From Narcine bancroftii (Eukaryota): a stretch of DNA of 64,000 nt. The notes below the pieces were generated by a model. That model was not told where the DNA came from and searched no databases. It was given only the letters and a program-made list of their open reading frames with translations. The DNA is taken from NCBI RefSeq assembly GCF_036971445.1, contig NC_091470.1, positions 185,132,001 to 185,196,000 on the forward strand. The letters run 5' to 3'. The position numbers and the translations under genes were made by a program. Of the stretch, positions 24,401 to 36,840 are shown in pieces; the first letter of the stretch is position 1; each line of letters starts with the position of its first letter.

Positions 24401-27400
24401 AAATAGACTGAGGGATGAAGACGGGTAATGAGAGTAAAAATGATCACGATTGATATGTATGCGGGTAAAGAGGTATAAGAGTGAATAGAGACAATGTGCA
24501 TACGTGAATGTATCTGTACTTTGAGGAAAATATAGATAGTATAGACAAGAATTAATAAGGGAAGGTAATGGAATAGAGAGAATAAGGAGGGAATTAAAAG
24601 AGTGACCTTTGTGACATATGAAAAGTGAAATCTTTTCTGGGGGGGGCGGGGTGAGGGGAAATAGCGGTCACTGCAAAATCAGTTGATGCTTGCGAGTGGA
24701 TTCGCAAATCCAAATGGAGAGGGGAGATGTGGTTGTCCGACAAGGGATAAAGGACAACTCAGGAGGGGAAGGGGAGATTGGGGATAAAGAAGATTGGGGA
24801 TAAAGATAGGAGAATAAGGAAAATGTTGGATGTTGTAGGAATGTTGTCTTATAAAGAGTTGAAAATAAGAAAACAGAAATGGAAAAGGAGGAAAGGTAAT
24901 GATGGAAAAACGGAAAGAGAAGATAAACAAAATATAAAATGGCTACGCTGAACTATATGACTTTAAATATTAATGGAATACATAACCAAATTAAAAGGAA
25001 GAAACTACTAAATTTACTGAAAAAAGAAAAAATTGATATAGCATTTGTCCAAGAAACACACTTAACTGAATTGGAGCACAAGAAATTAAAGAGAGATTGG
25101 GTAGGACATGTAACAGCAGCATCGTATAATTCAAAAGCAAGAGGAGTGGCTATATTAATTAGTAAAAAGGTGCCATTTAAAATAGAAGAGGAAATAATAG
25201 ATCCAGCAGGGAGATATGCTATGATAAAATGTCAGATATATTCGGAGTTTTGGAATCTACTTAATATATATTCACCTAACGAAGAAGATCAAAAGTTTAT
25301 GCAAGATATCTTTTTGAAGGTAGCTAATACGCAAGGGAACATACTAATAGGAGGGGATTTCAACCTGAATTTGGATCCAAATATGGATAAAACGGGGAAA
25401 AAAATTAACAGGAAGAACAAAGTAACAAAATTTATAATTAAATCAATGCAAGAAATGAAACCTTTGGATATATGGAGGAAACAAAACCCAAAAGAAAAGG
25501 AATACTCATACTACTCGGCTAGACATAAAACATACTCAAGAATAGACCTATTTTTGTTATCAGCTAGTATGCAAGATAGTGTAAGAAAAACAGAATATAA
25601 AGCTAGAATACTATCGGACCATTCACCCTTAATATTGACAGTAAAGCTAGAGGACATCCCTCCAAGAATGTATAGATGGAGATTAAACCCCATGCTACTT
25701 AAAAGACAGGATTTTAGAGAATTTATTGAAAAACAATTAAAAATGTATTTTGAAGTAAATACGGAATCAGTGGAAGATAAGTTTATACTATGGGACGCAA
25801 TGAAAGCATTCATTAGAGGGCAAATAATAAGTTATGTAACCAAGATGAAGAAGGACTATAATCAGGAAACAGAGCAGTTGGAAAGGGAAATAGTAAACAT
25901 AGAAAAAAAATTAGCAATGAAAGAAGATACAACTAAAAGAAGAGAATTGGCGGATAAAAAAATAAAATATGAAACATTACAAACATATAAGGTAGAGAAG
26001 AATATAATGAAGACAAAACAGAAATATTATGAACTAGGTGAAAAAACGCACAAAATCCTAGCATTGCAGCTTAAGACAGAGCAAGCTAAGAAAATGGTAT
26101 TGGCATCAAGGAAAAAAGACAAACAAATTACATATAATCCAAAAGAAATTAAGGAAAACTTTAGAGAATTCTATGAACAATTATACCGAACTGAAAACGA
26201 AGGGAAAGAAGGGAAAATAGATGAATTTTTGACTAAAATTGAACTACCAAAACTACAAATAGAGGAACAAAATAAATTAACAGAACCATTTGGAACAGTA
26301 GAAATACAAGAGATAATAAAAAAAATTACCAAATAATAAGACACCAGGAGAGGATGGATTTCCAATAGAATTCTACAAAACATTTAAAGACTTATTAATA
26401 CCACCCCTCCTGGATGTAATCAACCAGATTGATGAGACACAAAACTTACCAGATTCATGTAAACAGCAATAATTACAGAAATACTAAAACAAGGGAAAGA
26501 TCCACTCTCACCAGCGTCATATAGACCAATATCTTTGCTAAACACAGATTATAAGATAATACCTAAACTATTAGCAAACAGATTAGCAGAACAGGTACCG
26601 AAAATGGTAAATTTAGACCAAACTGGATTTATCAAAAAAAGACGCACAACAGACAATATTTGTAAATTTATTAACTTAATTCATGCAGTAGAAGGGAATA
26701 AAGCACCTACAGTAGCAGTTGCTTTAGACGCAGAGAAGGCCTTCGACAGAGTAGAATGGAATTATTTGTTCAAAGTATTGCAAAAATTCAGTTTACCGGA
26801 GAAGTATATTAATTGGATTAAAGCATTATATAAGGGACCGTTAGCGAAAGTGACAGTAAATGGACAAGTAAAGTGACAGTAAATGTATCAAAGCAATTTA
26901 ACTTAAGCAGGTCAACACGGCAGGGATGCCCACTATCACCTTTATTGTTTGCGCTAGCTATAGAACCACTAGCAGAATTGATAAGAACAGATAATAATAT
27001 AAAAGGAATAAAAATAAAAGACAGGGAATATAAAATCAGTCTATTTGCGGATGATGTTATAGTGTACTTAACAGAACCAGAACTATCAATAAAAGAATTA
27101 TATAAGAAATTGAAGGAATATGGAGAAGTGTCGGGTTACAAGATAAACGTAAATAAAAGTGAAGCAATGCCTATGAATAATGCGGATTTCTCAAAATTTA
27201 AGAAGGAATCTCCATTCAGATGGCAAATGCAGGCAATAAGATACCTAGGTGTACAAATAAACAAAAATCTAGGCCAATTATATAAACTCAATTACAATCC
27301 ACTAATGAAAAAATTACAGGACGATTTAGAGCATTGGAAAGATCTACCACTAACACTGATAGGAAGGATAAACTGTATTAAAATGAACATTTTTCCAAGG

Positions 27401-30400
27401 ATACTATACTTATTTCAGGCATTGCCAATACAACTGACAGAAAAATTCTTCAAAGAGTTAAAGAAAATAATAAGGAAATTTTTATGGAGAGGGGGGAAAC
27501 CGAGGATAGCACTAGATAAATTAACAGAATGGTATAAACAAGGAGGCTTACAATTGCCAAACTTCAAAAATTATTATAGAGCCGCACAATTAAGATACCT
27601 ATCAGATTTTTATCAAACAAGGGAAAAACCAGACTGGACGAGATTAGAATTAGATAAAATAGGGGAAAAGATACCTGAACACATATTATATAAATGGGAC
27701 GAAAAATTGGTACAACATAGAACTTCTCCAGTATTACATCATCTCCTCAATATTTGGAAAAAGATTAATGTAGAAAGGAATAAAACAAATTACCAATTAC
27801 CAAAACTAATATTGACGCAAAATAAGCTACTCCCTTTTACAATAGACAACCTTTCCTTTAGAAAATGGGAAAAAAAAGGGATTAAAAGAATAGAAAATTG
27901 TTTTTCAGGAAGTAGATTCTCATCCTTTGAACAAATGAGAGATAAGTACAATATAACTGGAGATACAGCGCTGGAATATTACCAACTGAGATCCTACTTG
28001 AAAGATAAATTAGGAAGCAATTTGAGTTTACCAGAGGGAAGTAACTTTGAATATGTGATTACAGATACAATGTTAATCAAAAGATTTATATTAAACTGTA
28101 TATTAAACTGCAAGAAAAGGAGAATGAGGAAACAAATGGTAAAACTAAACAAAAATGGGAACAAGATTTAAATATAAAGATAAAAAAGGAAACATGGGAG
28201 AAATTATGTTCTGGAACGATGAGAAATACAATAAATACGAGGCTACGTATGATACAATATAATTGGTTACACAGACTATACATTACACCGCAAAAGTTAA
28301 ATAAATGGGACCCAACAGTATCTGATAGATGTTTTCAATGTAAAAAAGAAATGGGAACAACAATTCATGCAATCTGGACATGTGAGAGAGTAGAAAAATT
28401 TTGGGATGATCTCAGTCAGATATTAAATAAAATAACAGAAAACAATATACCAAAGAATCCAGAGATCTTCCTCCTAAGTAACATAAAAAAACAAAGAATT
28501 TGGAATTGATTTGGATGGTGCACAAAAAAGATTTGTTAAGATAGCTCTAGCCGTAGCAAAAAAATGTATTATGTCAACCTGGAAATTGGAAGATAATTTG
28601 AAAATACAACAATGGTATATAGAAATGAATAAATGTATTCCATTAGAAAAAATAACATATAGTTTAAGAAATAATATTGAAATATTCGAACAAGTATGGG
28701 AGCCTTACATTAAATACAATAGCGAAAACCTACCGGGGACAAACATTACCTAAGTTGATAGAAGGAGAAGGAAAGAAAAGAATGGACTCAGTAGAATTTC
28801 TGGTGTATTTTTGTTGAATGACAACATTGACTGACTGGCTTAATGCAACCTAGATTGTATACCTAAAATGGATGAGAGGGGGGGGGGTGGCTTGGGAGGA
28901 GGGAGGGGGAGAAAAAGTCACTGTATATGTGTGAAAAAGAAAAAGTGTATATCATGGCTAATGTGATTTATGGTGTGAAAAATAAAAAATTTAAAAAAAA
29001 AGATAAGTTTGGCATTAAGCAATCCTGTCTGCCTACCTGCTGTTTCTGTGAACTTGGAGGACCAGGGGGTATCCTGTCTGTGTCCCATCATGTCATTGTC
29101 TCCTTATTGTCCTTATTCACAAACCTTCCTTTGTCCTTATTCACACCTTCTCAACTCTCAGGGTAACTCTTATATGGAACTTGCTAATTCTGTCTAAGGC
29201 TTACTACTAATTACATATGCAGGACTTGCAGACTCTCTCTAAGGCTAGAAGACCCTCATCTTATTCAGACTAACTTTACTTCCTACAATTCTATTATCTA
29301 CCCTTGTCCTATTTATACTGCATTTATTCATTACACATATATCCATACTAGCTTTCTTCATCTCTCATATTTTCATATTAGTTTTACTCATCTCTCACAC
29401 CTCTGTCCCTCAACCCTCCTCACCTTTGTATCCAGAGGTCCCTCCGACCCTTGACACATCCCACTGCTCATAGTGCATGTCCCACCCTCATGCCACAACT
29501 TCCCTCTGTCCCTTGACCCTCCTCACCCTCGTACCCCAAGGTCTCTCTCCCCATTAGCAGTGTATATCCCATCCCCTGATGTCGCTCCATCCCTCTACCC
29601 TAATGCTCTAATGCTCCATTCCCTCCATCCCTCAACCCACCCCACCCTCATACCCCAAGGTCCCTCCGTTCCNNNNNNNNNNNNNNNNNNNNNNNNNNNN
29701 NNNNNNNNNNNNNNNNNNNNNNNNNNNNNNNNNNNNNNNNNNNNNNNNNNNNNNNNNNNNNNNNNNNNNNNNNNNNNNNNNNNNNNNNNNNNNNNNNNNN
29801 NNNGATCTTGATGGGAATTGTGCAGGTCACCGGGGGAATTCCGCTCATCGTTTCAGCCCCCAACTCCACCGCAGTGACAACTGGAACACCCTGGTGGACA
29901 GGATCACTGGTGGGTAGGGGAGGGAATGGGGGGAAATGAGGTTAGGAGGGAGGGGAATGAGAGGAGGGAGGGGAATGAGAGGAGGGAAGTGGTGGGAAGA
30001 GGAGATGGGATGGGACTAGAAGGGTGGGAAAATGCAGAGGACAGTTGGGTTTAGAACAGCAACCCCCCTCTCCATCTAACACCTCTCTCTCTCTCTCTCC
30101 CTTCTCCTTTTTTGTCTATCTCCCTCCCTGTCCCCCATATCTCTCACACTCTCTCTCCCTCATATCTTTATCTACCCCTCTTTTGCCCTCTCCTCCCTAC
30201 CCCCTCCACCTCTTCCCTCTCCCTGGTGCCTCCCTCTCTTCCTTACCGACCCCTGTCAACTCTCTCTCCCCCTTTCTTCCACTTCTCTCTCTCTGCAGTC
30301 TGTGGTCTCCGGGTGCTTCACCATGAATGCAGAAGGAAGGCCATCCGAAGACTTTGTGAGTTGTCTCCCCTGTCCCCTACACCCCTCCCTGTCTCTGTTA

Positions 30401-33400
30401 TGCTATGCCTTCCCCTAAACCCCTCCTTGTCTCTGTAACCCTATCCCGACCCCTACACCCCTCCCTGACTCTGTAATCCTATCCCGTCCCCTACACCACT
30501 CCCTGTCACTGAAACCCTATCCTGTACCTGACACCTCCCTGTCTCTGTAACCCTATCCCATCCCCTACACCCCTCAATGTCTCTGTATCCCTATTCTGTA
30601 CCTACACCTCTCCTTGTCTCTTTAACCCTATCCTGTCCCCTACACCCCTCAATGTCTCTGTAACCCTGTCCTGTCCCCTACACCTCTCCCTGTCTCTGTA
30701 GCCCTATGATGTACCTTACACCCCTCCCTGTCTCTGTATTACCCTCCAGTCCCCTATATCCCTTCCTGTCTTTGTAACTCCCTCCAGTCCTCTGCACTCC
30801 TCTCTGTCTATGTAACCCCTTCTGCTCCCCTGCACCCCTTCCTCCCTGTAACCTCCCTCCAGTCCCCTACACCCCTCCTTCTTTGTAACCCACTCCGGTC
30901 ACCAACACCCCTCCCTGTTTTTGCAACCCTCCTCCGGTCCCTTGTACCCCTCCCTGTCTCTGTTACACCCCCCATCCCCTGCACCCCTCCCTGTCCCTGT
31001 AACACTCAACCCCACCCCTTCTGGTCCCTGACACCCCTCCCTATCTCTAGCCCCTTTCATACTTGCATGTGGTCCCAGGAATTAACAGCCAATCAGCTGA
31101 AAAAGTGTGGTGTGAAAGCAAAATCTTCTGAAAGCTGCAATGAAATGACATCATCTCACGCTGGGGATAGAATGCCTCGACCCCTACTGTAATCTCCGGC
31201 ATCTGCAGATGCCAACATTGCAATCAGTCAAGTGTGAAACTGAGAATTGCATTTGGACACTTCTGATTGAAGGTAGAACAGTCCTATCCCCGGGGATGGC
31301 TCCTTGTAAGTGTGAAAATGTTCAGTGTCCCAGTTAAGAGTGGCCAAGTGTGAACAGCAAAATTGCCATTCCTTACTGGGACACTGCACACTTTCACACT
31401 TACAAGAAGCCATCTCCGGGGATAGGACTGTTCTACCTTTAATCGGAAGTGTGCAAATGCAATTCTCAGTTTAGGCCGATTTACTGGTACGCAAGTGTAA
31501 AAGGGGCTTCTGCAACAAACCTACCCCTGCAATACTCTCCCTGCCACTGTAAACCAACCCCTCCCCCCCATTCCCCTGCCTCCCTCCCTGTCTCCTTAAC
31601 CCACTCTGTCCCCTGTCTCGAGCAGAAATGGACACTGGTCGTGATGAACATGGTCCACATCATCAACACCACCATTGCACTGGTCATTTATGCCCTCTCT
31701 ACCAGTTTGTCCACAACCTTCCGCTTGCATATCCTTCCGGTGAGTGACAGTTCCACCCCCCCCCCCCCCACCCTGCTCTCCGTCTCACCCCGCTCCCTTC
31801 CACCTCTACCACCTATAACGTTTTAGTAAAATCGGATCATCACTGCAAGGGATAGTATCAACAGGAGGGACTGAATGGTCAATTAACATTTCACACAAGC
31901 ACAAGTCACATCCCAGTGATAATTCAATACGTTGGAAGAACTGAGGAAAGCCTTGTCCCAGTCTGTTCCAGAATTCAATACATTTGCAAAGACACAGTGA
32001 TTTTACAATGGGAGGACCATTCTGACGGCTGGAGAGAAAACAGCTCTTTGCAGCACCTCTTGTGACCAGCCGTTCTGTGGAATTCAGAGCTGTGAATGAC
32101 TGGGCCTTTTCGGTGGGTTGACCAGTGTCAGGAGGGTCTTTTTGGGAAGCAAAGGGCTTCATTTTGATTGTGACTAACAGTGAAGTTACTTGGAAGCTCC
32201 GTGGAGGCCGCCCAGTTCAAGTCTCACCTACAGAAGGACCAGGAGTGTAGTGACCACAGCTCATGTGGGTGGACGTTAATTCAAAGGCAACGCAAGAAGA
32301 ATTTGTGAGTCTGTAGTAGCCACAACTCCAGTCTTCCCATCAGTTCAAATTTAATTCTGGGCATCACATTTCAAAGGCCTACACTTCTACGGTGAGTTTG
32401 AAAGGCTGAAGTATCTTTTTGGATTTTGGCCTGGACTGCAATGGTCTGGGTGTAACACACACACTCTCACACACAGACACACACACAATAGACACCTGCG
32501 CATAGCTGGGGATAGATTTAGTGTTAAGGATAGTTTAAAAGTTAAAACTGTAGTTTAAGAGTTAGAATTAAAATTAGTGTTTTAAAATTAAACGCTGTCT
32601 AGTTCATTGCCAATTGCTGCTCATTACACGCAGTTTGTAACACACCTCTGTCCTCCTCTCTCCCTTCCATCTCTCCCTGCATTCACCCCATCTTTCCCTC
32701 CCCTTCATCTCTCTCTCCCTCCCACTTTCTCATTCTCCTCCTTCTCTCATAGACCATTCCCATGATGATAACTTGTGTCCTGAGCGGATTCTCAATCTGC
32801 AATTTCTTGGTGACATTCCCCATCATCTGTGTGTTTTACAAGCATGTAAGTATTTTGGGACCCTCTCTCTCCCCCTCCACCCTATCTCTCTCTCCATCCC
32901 CCTCTCATCCATGACTGCTCTCCCCTCTCTCACACACCTCTCTCTCTCCCCATCACTGCCACCTCTGCCCCGTTCTCTCCCTCCCCTCTCTCCACCTACT
33001 CTTTGCCCCTCTCTATTCCCTCTCCCTGCCCATCTCACCTTCTTCCCCTTCTCTTCCCATCTCTCTCTTCTTTCCATACCCCCTCTCCCACCTCTCTCCC
33101 CCTCAAGAATTAATTTATTGTCATGTAATAAGCAGTGTCATATTACATGAAATTGCTGTTGCCTGCTGTAATGCAGACAGATTTGCCATCGGCAAAATTG
33201 CCTGAAGCGCCTTACAGTTAGAGAAAGAGAAGCAAAAGAGAGAACCCACCCCCAGAGTCATTGAGGGTCCATGGATTCGCCTCCAGTGCTACCACAGCCC
33301 CCACAGCCACACAGAGTCTAGTACAAACCATCGGCAATCCAAGCTCCAGATCCGAACCTCTGACGCAATCAGGAACCCTTCAATGCCCTCCCCCTCACAT

Positions 33401-34093
33401 CCCAGTTCTAATGCCAAGTTTGAGCCAGTCTCCAGCAGTCTGCAGTCTAGTGCAAGTCCCTTGACTACAGTCTCCAGCAACCCACAGCCTCCGTGGGATC
33501 TTCGCATCGAGTCACCAGCAGCCCACCGAATGTGCGGGTCTTTCGGCTGCAGAGCCCCCTCACTGGTCCACCGGTGTGGCCACCGTCCCATGGGTCATCT
33601 CCTCTGCTTCTCCTTCTCATTCAGGGGTGATCTCCCCATTTTTTGGTGCCATCTCCCCATTTTCTGGTGCCCTGTGCCAGTACTCCACTTCACTTGAGTC
33701 TGCAACCCCCTCGTGGCTGTTGCCAATCACAGGTGCCTCCATTGTAGTCACAGACCCCCACGGTGGCGGGATTTTAAATAAAACTACTGTCAACTCTTTT
33801 AAAGAGGCTTTCAAAGCCTGTACGGAGCTGACGACTATCAGACTGGGTGGTTGGACCCCGCAGGAGTGCTGTATCTCTGCTCCCTGATCACTGTGTGTCT
33901 GCACCAGCAGCAGTTTAGCAGTGCTGCCATTTCTCTCTCTACCGCCTTCTCTCCCCACCTCTCATACCCCTCTCTCTCCTCCCCCTCTCCATCTCTTTTC
34001 CCTCCCCCTTTTCTCTCTCCCCTTTCCTCCCCACGTAACTGTGCCTGTTCTCCACAGCATTCCCGAGTCAGAAGGAGGCATTTACCTCGTTAG
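18437..34093 (+). CDS. MS4A (CD20-like) tetraspan membrane protein, gene A, ~172 aa, 6 coding exons
   Basis: Exons 18437-18541 (MDTERERRSAVLAQRPRQVLGAKDGFVQRQVKVVG), <=29804-29909 (ILMGIVQVTGGIPLIVSAPNSTAVTTGTPWWTGSL; 5' edge lies in N gap), 30299-30355 (SVVSGCFTMNAEGRPSEDF, 57 bp), 31626-31739 (KWTLVVMNMVHIINTTIALVIYALSTSLSTTFRLHILP), 32753-32845 (TIPMMITCVLSGFSICNFLVTFPIICVFYKH), 34058-34093 (HSRVRRRHLPR*). All visible junctions are GT-AG and phase 0; four hydrophobic segments; MS4A motifs K(V/I)xG|xxQI, PWW(T)G, (I/V)SG; AATAAA at 34567. Confidence 0.8.
18632..19163 (-). repeat. ERV 3' LTR
   Basis: TG...CA termini, preceded on the minus strand by a polypurine tract, homologous to 22703-22916 + 29002-29399. 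Confidence 0.9.
19214..20346 (-). pseudogene. env: ERV env remnant (gamma-type, internally deleted, frameshifted)
   Basis: Signal peptide MLFLPFAVLFNCWFPIFG, CSQC, heptad + ISD QQNCLALDYSLAAEGSVC, TM LIAVGLAILAIMVLPC. Confidence 0.8.
20425..21294 (-). pseudogene. pol: ERV pro and deleted pol (protease, RT N-terminus fused to integrase C-terminus)
   Basis: FLVDSGA, LLGRDL, RKQYPI..GLQPVI..SPFNTP fused directly to PVWDGPYCVLLITYTAVRTKEKGWIH (GPY/F). Confidence 0.85.
21335..22470 (-). pseudogene. gag: ERV gag remnant
   Basis: MGG myristoylation start, SPLGLML..W, YCC..W, WPKFGSDEDW, PPLY late domain, EVPMGGGLGFVNVPLTSTEVRNFK, degenerate CCHC CYHGKKEGHFKREC; most of the capsid is missing. Confidence 0.85.
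22683..22700 (-). other. Primer binding site, tRNA-Pro
   Basis: TGGGGGCTCGTCCGGGAT two nt after the 5' LTR end. Confidence 0.9.
22917..29001 (+). mobile_element. Full-length L1 LINE (frameshifted ORF1 and ORF2) inserted in the ERV 5' LTR
   Basis: 14-bp TSD GATAAGTTTGGCAT (22903-22916, 29002-29015); ORF1 coiled-coil/RRM (IERAHR, YPDIS); ORF2 APE (NING, QETH, GDFN, SDH) from 24939, RT (QGCPLSP, FADD), CCHC; poly-A tail. Confidence 0.97.
24249..24470 (+). repeat. 74-bp tandem repeat x3 at the start of the L1 inter-ORF spacer (x2 in the copy at 48762)
   Basis: Units start at 24249, 24323, 24397 and include the ORF1 stop codon. Confidence 0.9.
30365..31045. repeat. Degenerate ~37-bp minisatellite (CCCTCCCTGTCTCTGTAACCC...CCCCTACAC)
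   Basis: The same motif recurs inverted at ~39810-40320 and direct at ~44190-44570. Confidence 0.75.
31049..31508. mobile_element. Palindromic MITE, PIF/Harbinger-like
   Basis: TIRs AGCCCCTTTCATACTTGC / GCAAGTGTAAAAGGGGCT, 3-bp flanks TCT/TCT, internal ~100-bp inverted repeat. Confidence 0.7.
31814..32642 (+). mobile_element. Solo LTR (Gypsy-like)
   Basis: T(A)TAACG...TGTAACA termini, 4-bp TSD CACC/CACC. Confidence 0.65.
33103..33932 (-). mobile_element. Unclassified ~0.8-kb non-autonomous retroposon
   Basis: Colinear with 60569-61279; the minus strand ends in AATAAA plus a short tail. Confidence 0.6.
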
Positions 34094-34609
34094 CCTCCTG
34101 AGGAGAGGAATCTGCATTGGTGTCCTCCTGTCCCGTCCATCAATGAGGTGGCTTTTCCAGCTCATGAGAGTGCTCTGATTCCATCTGCACCTCCCTGTCC
34201 TATTCTCTCTGCCCATCCTGTTTCCCCCAGAGGGAGGAGGGGGGGGGGGGGAAGAGAGAGAGGGGGAGAAGGAGGGGGGAGAGAGATGGGAAGAGTGGAG
34301 AATGATTGAGACGAGAGGGAGAGGGGAGAGAGTGAGGGGAGAAGAGAGAGATGGGGAGAGATAGAGTGAGTGAAAGAGGGGAGAAAAGATGGAGAGGGGA
34401 AGAAGGAGAGAGAGGTGAGAGGGAGAGAGAAGGAATAAAAGAAAGGGAGGAGATAGAGTAGGAGATTGGGAGAGGTAGGTGGGGAGAAGAGAGGGGGAAG
34501 TAAGAGAGAGGGAGGAATGGGAGATCGGAGAGAGAGGGTGGAAACAGGGACACCATGTAAACTTCCAATAAAAGTAAAATTGAATTCAGAACCTCGTCTT
34601 TTGTCTTGA

Positions 34610-36840
34610 CTAGGGTTGGAGGTTAGTTAACAGGTTAAGTTGGTGGTTCCGGTTCACAGTTGCGGTTTGGATGGGTGATGTTGTGCTGCAGTTAATCATT
34701 GCGACGTGACTTTGAATCCAATCGGCAGTGTTAACTGTTTGCGAATTTATCTTCACCATTAAACACTAATTAACCAGTTAACCCACCCTTCACTCCCCCA
34801 CAGCTCACTCTTGTATGACCTGTCATAACTATTAACCCAAGTTTAACCATTAAATCATCAAATGTCTTTGTATTCCTGTCCTAACCACCAACAATCTCTT
34901 TTACCTGCCCTGAGCATATCAGCAGTTAACACTTTTAGACGAGTCTGCCTTGATGTGTCTAACTGGTCTTAATTATTAATCCACTGTCACCGAACATTGA
35001 CGATGTCCCTGTCTAGCCTAACCTTAACCATTCCCACTAACTACTGACAAAACTGCCTTTAAATAACAGTATAACCCATGAACTGTTAGTCTATGTCTCC
35101 CAAAATTGACTGTCAGCTTAATTATTCTAACCTCAACCATTTAAACTATCTTGCCATTAACTAGAACCAAGACCAAACCAGTGTAACCTGTCTGAACTAT
35201 TAAACCAGTGTTAACCATTGTCATGTAACATTGCCCATGCTCCTCAATACCTAACCTTAACGATTAACCCTAGTCACTGACTAACCAGTTATCCTGCTCT
35301 TAACTAGCTCCAAGAATCTTAACAAGTAAATCATTGCTAACCATTATCTCCTAACATAGACTGTAGGCTTGTATATTCTAACCCTGACAATTAACCATCT
35401 GGGTTGGTAGCAGAATGTTGAGCACTGTCCACCTCAGGGCCGTGCGCCCAGTCCGCTCCTGTTCACACTCATGACCTACAGTGGCATTGCCAGATCCAGC
35501 TCCAACAGAGTCATCGAGTTTGCAGACGACATGACAGTCGTCAGCCTCATCAGCAACGACGATGAGTCGCGCTGCAAAGAGGCGGAAAAATGGGGCAAGA
35601 GTAACAACCTGAGTATCAACGTGGATGAGACGAAGGAGATAATTGTGGACTTCAGGAGGACTAGGAATGATCACATCAACCACTCTGTTGTGGAGGGAGT
35701 GGTGAGCACCAAGTTTCTTGGCGTTCACTTATCTAGTGACCCAATTGTGGACACCCAATATCTCCTCACTTGCCAGGAAGATGCAACAGCGACTGCACTT
35801 CCTGAGAAGACTGAAGCGGCCAAGGCTAATGGCCACCATTATGCCTACCTTCCACAGGAGCTCTATCAAGAGCGTACTGGCCAGCTGCTTCACAGTGCAG
35901 TATGGTTGCTGCAGAGAATGGATTGGAGGTCAATCCACAGGATCATAAGAGCAGCAGAGAGGATCACTAGAGTCTCCCTTCCCCCCATTGATGTGATCTA
36001 TCAGGATCATTGTCTGAAGAGGGCGCGCAAAATCATTGAGGACCCCTTCCACCCTGCACACATCGTCTTCAGCTGCTCCCATCGGGGAAGAGATCCAGGA
36101 GGATCAGAGCCAGCACCACTAGGCTGAGGAACAGCTTCTTCCCATCAGCAGTGAGAACGCTGAACGTCCAAAGGAACTGACCATCCAAGACTCTCATACT
36201 CACAAAGCAATATTTATTTATTTGTATATATAAATATTTGTCTGCATATGTATTGTTGGTCTGTATGTGCATTATGTCTGGTTGTGTGTGTGTTTTGCAC
36301 ACTGTTTCATCAGGTTGTACTTGTGAAATCAGATGATAATAAACTTGACTTGCATTTGAACTAACGCTAACCATTAACGATTTAACTAAAACCAAGACTA
36401 ACCAGTGTAACTGAACTATTAAACCAATCTTAACCATTGTCACCCATATACAGTATAATCCTGTGTTTATATATCCTTATCTTAACCATCAACACTAACA
36501 ACTGACTAACCAGTTAACCTGAGCTTAACACTTCCACAGCCAACACTATTTATCTAGACAATGTGGACTTGTGTAATTAGTCTTTCTTAACTAGTAAACC
36601 AATGCTAACCATTTTTACAGAACATGTAGATTCTAACCTTGACCATTACCACTAACCGCTGAATAGCCAGTTAACCCACCCTTAACTAACACCAAAACCA
36701 GACCAGTGTAACTCATCTTAAATATTACACCAATGTTAACCATTGTTAACCTTAACTATCATTATCCTTATCCTTAACTAACACCAGGAGTTAATTTTCG
36801 GTCCACAATTGGTGGACATGTTAGAATTAAGTTAAGGGAT
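34610..36840. repeat. Degenerate TTAACC/CTAACC-rich satellite-like region, interrupted by Rex1
   Basis: Recurring ttaacc, cctaaccttaac and aaccagttaacc motifs. Confidence 0.5.
35410..36355 (+). mobile_element. Rex1/Babar LINE 3' part
   Basis: VIEFADDMTVVSLISNDDES...KEIIVDFRR...KFLGVHL; QQRLHFLRRLK; tail aataaacttgacttg. Confidence 0.85.

Larger units (their letters stand above)
18632..29399 (-). mobile_element. Endogenous retrovirus (class I, HERV-I/IP-like), internally deleted, antisense in an MS4A intron
   Basis: LTRs TGTGAG...CTCACA at 18632-19163 and 22703-29399 (split by L1), TSD CCTC/CCTC, PBS TGGGGGCTCGTCCGGGAT (tRNA-Pro), PPT aaaagaaaagtgaggat, gag-pro-pol-env remnants. Confidence 0.93.
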
